Below are positions 53,001-64,000 of a stretch of 64,000 nt of DNA, in pieces. A program made the translations under genes and the position numbers. Every line of letters begins with the position of its first letter. Position 1 is the first letter of the stretch. The stretch comes from Gordius albopunctatus (Eukaryota). Where the stretch lies: assembly GCA_964276515.1 (NCBI GenBank), contig OZ193910.1, positions 5,890,001-5,954,000 of the forward strand, given 5' to 3'. The notes under the pieces are model-generated. The model had not been told where the DNA came from and ran no database searches. It saw only the letters and a list, made by a program, of their open reading frames with translations.

Positions 53001-54206
53001 ATATGCTAAATATTCACATGATATTTGACGGCTGCATTATTTTAGCGGTTTTTCTAGCACTGTATAATTTAACGCATTATTCTTGTTGAATACTAATTTA
53101 TTAGTGATTTAATTTATACCCCGATGTCGAATTAATTCACCAAATTTAAAACTAAAATTCTTATGTATTTTTCCAAATATATGTCATTTCCTATAAATAA
53201 CGCCTAAATTCATTCGTTGTTTACAATTCTTAATTTATATAGTGACATTAATACAAATAAGTTTGAAGCTGTTTTTTCTGCCGATATATCCATTGAAGCC
53301 ACACTTAACATGACGTCGGAGTTACTGATGCTTGAATTAGTTCACAGAATATTAGTCTGCTTCATTGAGGTAATTGCTTTATTTCCTAGCATTATATTTC
53401 TTTGACATCCTTACTGGTCATGCAATGTTTTTAAAAAATTAACATAACAGCGTCTTGGATGTTTTGTATTACACTAATTTTAATTTTGATGAAATTACTT
53501 CTCTTAAATTTATTGTGATTCCCATTGATATAAAATATTGCGTTTTGCCCCTAAGATGTCTAAATTGGAGGAAATTTTATAATTAAATTTATGATTATTA
53601 ATAACTATTTTGTTGTTTAACGTATCAGGCTTTATACACCCGGAGGGGATTTAATGGCGTTGGAGGTGCGACACCAGGGAAGATATTGTTCGGCCTTAGA
53701 ATAATATCGTGCGAGAGTATCGATCTTGTACCCGGAGAGGTTGAAAAGTATCTCATTATACCCGCCACCGATATTGGCTTTCCTAAGTAATATTTTTTTA
53801 CAAAACCATGGAGTTTTACTTATAATACATGCTATGGAAGGCAATATTTTGATGCAAATTAGAATGTACTTTATTAGCCCTGTTACTATTTCGGACTAGT
53901 AACTTTACAAACTATGTAGCTAAATTTGTCGGGCGGGCTGGTTTTTTCCTGCTTGTTTTGTATTAAACCCATTTAATCATGAGATTAATCTTGCAATATT
54001 TTCCCCTATACTTTTTATTAATCCCGCGCCTTCAATGTAAAGATTTTATATCTATATATTTTGTTAGGGCACTTTTGAGGTCGTTTTTTAAGAACTTTTC
54101 TATAGCTTTGATGTTTCCTACATTCGCCAGCATCATTATGAATCCACAACGCAGAGCAGTTTACGATGTTGTTTGTAAAACGATCGTTGTAGAAAACAAC
54201 GTCTAA
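38009..54206 (+). CDS. FAM8A1: FAM8A1-like RDD-domain membrane protein, about 274 aa, 6 exons
   Basis: Phase-consistent exons 38009-38109, 38192-38370, 38464-38584, 53243-53369, 53629-53786, 54068-54206 (825 nt). Motifs KRFFAETIDFLVLLLIK, HRILVCFIE, GGATPGKILFGLRII, RSFFKNFSIA, RAVYDVVCKTIVV match the FAM8A1/RDD pattern as I recall it. Confidence 0.88.
42970..43999 (-). mobile_element. Duplicate of the deleted hAT element
   Basis: Same TIRs and TSD; extra nonsense change near 43383 removes the ORF seen in copy 1. Confidence 0.85.
44381..47344 (-). mobile_element. Duplicate of the CRE-like element
   Basis: Same motifs in ORFs 44549-47081; inside duplication copy 2. Confidence 0.85.
47345..49070 (+). 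mobile_element. RTE-clade LINE 5' part, truncated before the RT core
   Basis: Same APE domain; continues through YKLAKIR and VEAWLGCQGEGIDIMTGLFN; stop codon at 48862-48864. Confidence 0.92.
49071..50456 (-). mobile_element. Inverted RTE 5' copy
   Basis: Reverse complement of 47345-48730 with the same 5' end TAACACTACCAACGACGG; ORFs 49827-50363 and 48979-49953. Confidence 0.92.
50457..51440 (-). mobile_element. pogo/Tigger-like transposase remnant hosting the inverted RTE
   Basis: KKVLLILDNHQSH, PPHCTHMLQPLEVTVFGPLK, KGFQLCGIWP. Confidence 0.85.
51655..51915. repeat. Three copies of a CTGACCAATGGAAAAAAATGACCATTGGCCAAAGT unit within a dispersed repeat
   Basis: Units near 51665, 51782, 51877; one more at about 30445 with shared upstream sequence. 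Confidence 0.75.
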
Positions 54207-55895
54207 CTTATTTTTGAGTTATAATATGAATTACTTTTATATTTTGTATAGTTGGTACATATTACTAAAAATCTTGAATCAACTTCGTTAGTTATTATAT
54301 TAATGTCACTTCAAATCAAAACTTATTTTTACATCGAGTCATTTATTTATAAATTTAATGTTATAAAATAATTAAGTTATGTATACAATTTGATATTTGT
54401 ATTCTTTTAAAACAGCTGTGATGATTTATAAAATTTGTACTTATTCAAATTTTGACAATGTGGCTGCAAAATATATACAAAAAATCGCATAAAATATTAA
54501 CTTTAAAAGGCTTTTTGCTTTAAATTTTCTAAGCAATCTTTATTAAATGTTAAAAATAACAATTACTTTCGAATTTATGACCTTTGTCGATCACTCTAAC
54601 TTAAGCTTTATTAAGTTAAAATCCACTTTTAAATTTTATTAACGTTCCCATGGAACTTCTAATTCTCTGCATTTTTCTAATATATATTTTCCCGCAATTT
54701 TCTATTTTAATACGATTTTCTTGCTTTGTTTTACAATCGGCCAGCTCGGTTGTTTAATAAAAATTTTAATTCATGATCTTTTTTCTATGTAGTTAACAGG
54801 AACTTATGCTTCTTTTTAGTAGAATATATTTTTTATGAACCTAAAACCCATATTATCAAACCATTTTCAAACTATTTAGTTTATGAAAGCATTAAAACAA
54901 TGAGAAAAATGTTATTAGATGCAAAAATTTGAATTTAATAAATTTGGGATAGTATAATAAATTAAAACGTTCTTCATAGACAACATTGATTATGAGGGTA
55001 AAAATCTTCTAAAATATTAAAAAACAAAATTTATTATAACTAGCTAAAATAAATCGAAATAACTTAATGCATTAGTTAAATACGCTTCTAAAAAGTACTC
55101 AATTTAATTGCATTATAACTTAGACTAAATGTATAAGATGAAATAATATATTATAAAAAATATAGTATTTAAAGCATAATTTTTATTATACGCATAGTTA
55201 AAAATCGTTTTAACCGTTTGTTGGCCGGTGGTAGATGTCTAACTTATAAAAAACAAAGACTAAAGATGCAGGTCTATAAAATTATGTTGAATGCTTAAGT
55301 AACAAAGATACCAGATGAAAATTTTTTCATTTTATACATTTTATTCACACGGCAATCGTTGAGAGCACATAACATATTCGTAAAAATTGTATTTTATGTA
55401 TAAATGTGGTATGTACAACAACGGCTTATAAATTACGGTGCAAGATATGTTTATGGAAGGGTATCACATTTGATGCCAAACATTTAGGGAAAAAGCAAAA
55501 CATAATATGCTACAAGAAATATGTATAATATATAGATGATAGTAGTGGTAGTTAATAATAATAATCCTGTATAGTTATGATGAGTAGTCATGAAATTTGT
55601 TATCAAAAAGCGTCCAAAAATCAATTTTCTGCCTAGTAACTTTTGGGGCCTAGATATAAATCAACACTCCTAATTGCCCTTTAATTTGAGGCAAGCAATA
55701 AAATGAGGGGGAAACGCTAACGTGAGAAAATATGGTGTATCATCTGTAGGTGATAAATTGTGTATAATTAGTGTGTCGAAAGCTTGTATGAAGAAAATCA
55801 GGTGAATGAAAGAAGGCTTAATAACAGCTACGCCCATGTAAAATCCCACTTTGGAAGGGGAATTGCGTTTGGGTGAGACTTTTAGAAGTAAAGAT

Positions 55896-63485
<7,590 letters not shown>

Positions 63486-64000
63486 TTAACATAAACCTTC
63501 CTTTATATCGATGCAATTATATTGCTTTCGTAAGCAAATAATTAATACTTAAGACAAAAACCAAACTTTCTTACGAATAATCTCAACTCAAACTTAGTGG
63601 TCGATCCTTAAAATGACTATGCATATGTAATAAATAAGCTTTCCTTCCATTGAGACCATTGAGGGTAGTTAATTCAAACTATTTTATCCCTCTAATATAT
63701 ATTATTATATCAATGACGTAGCCTTTTACGGTCAACCCCAGACAACCACTGGTCTCCATTATGTAAAGGGAGGTAATTAGCTCGCCCAAAGCAAAGTGCT
63801 TGTGGAAAGTATCACCACAATTTAGATTACCAGCCGTTAGATTAGGCATTTAAAACATGCAACTATAGGCGCATTGACATTATGCTGTTTGGGGATCAAT
63901 AATTAATCAATATTTCCCTTCAAATTATACAACGCAGCTGCGAACATATGTATTAGGGGTAAGGGGGGGGTGGGAGCAAGTGCGTCGACGATAAATTGAC

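Noticed and set aside
53632..53844. 70-aa minus ORF and similar antisense ORFs over SERCA and cadherin exons (57491-57844, 61111-61395, 31760-31945, 27881-28066)
   Set aside because: Antisense shadows of real exons.

Overview
AT-rich animal genomic DNA with GT-AG introns; the organism cannot be identified from sequence alone. Three host genes can be assembled by hand. (1) An 11-exon, about 782-aa cadherin-superfamily gene (minus, 35170-25311) with four extracellular cadherin (EC) repeats, one TM helix and an unusual Tyr/Gly/acidic cytoplasmic tail built from GTYGTE(S) repeats; the ORF track misses this tail. (2) A 6-exon FAM8A1/RDD-family gene (plus, 38009-54206) whose 14.7-kb third intron is a stack of nested transposons. 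(3) A SERCA Ca2+-ATPase (minus, 55896 to beyond 63335, 5' end not located). Bases 1-14517 are a near-identical direct copy of 34155-48679, consistent with a 34-kb tandem duplication or a haplotype misjoin; it duplicates at least the 5' end of the cadherin and leaves a truncated FAM8A1. The breakpoint lies about 50 bp from the loop of a 3.1-kb palindrome formed by two opposed RTE retrotransposon 5' halves. The rest is hAT, pogo/Tigger-like, CRE-like, RTE, Gypsy and Helitron elements and MITEs, mostly decayed. All exon structures, counts and identities were done by eye and need computational confirmation.
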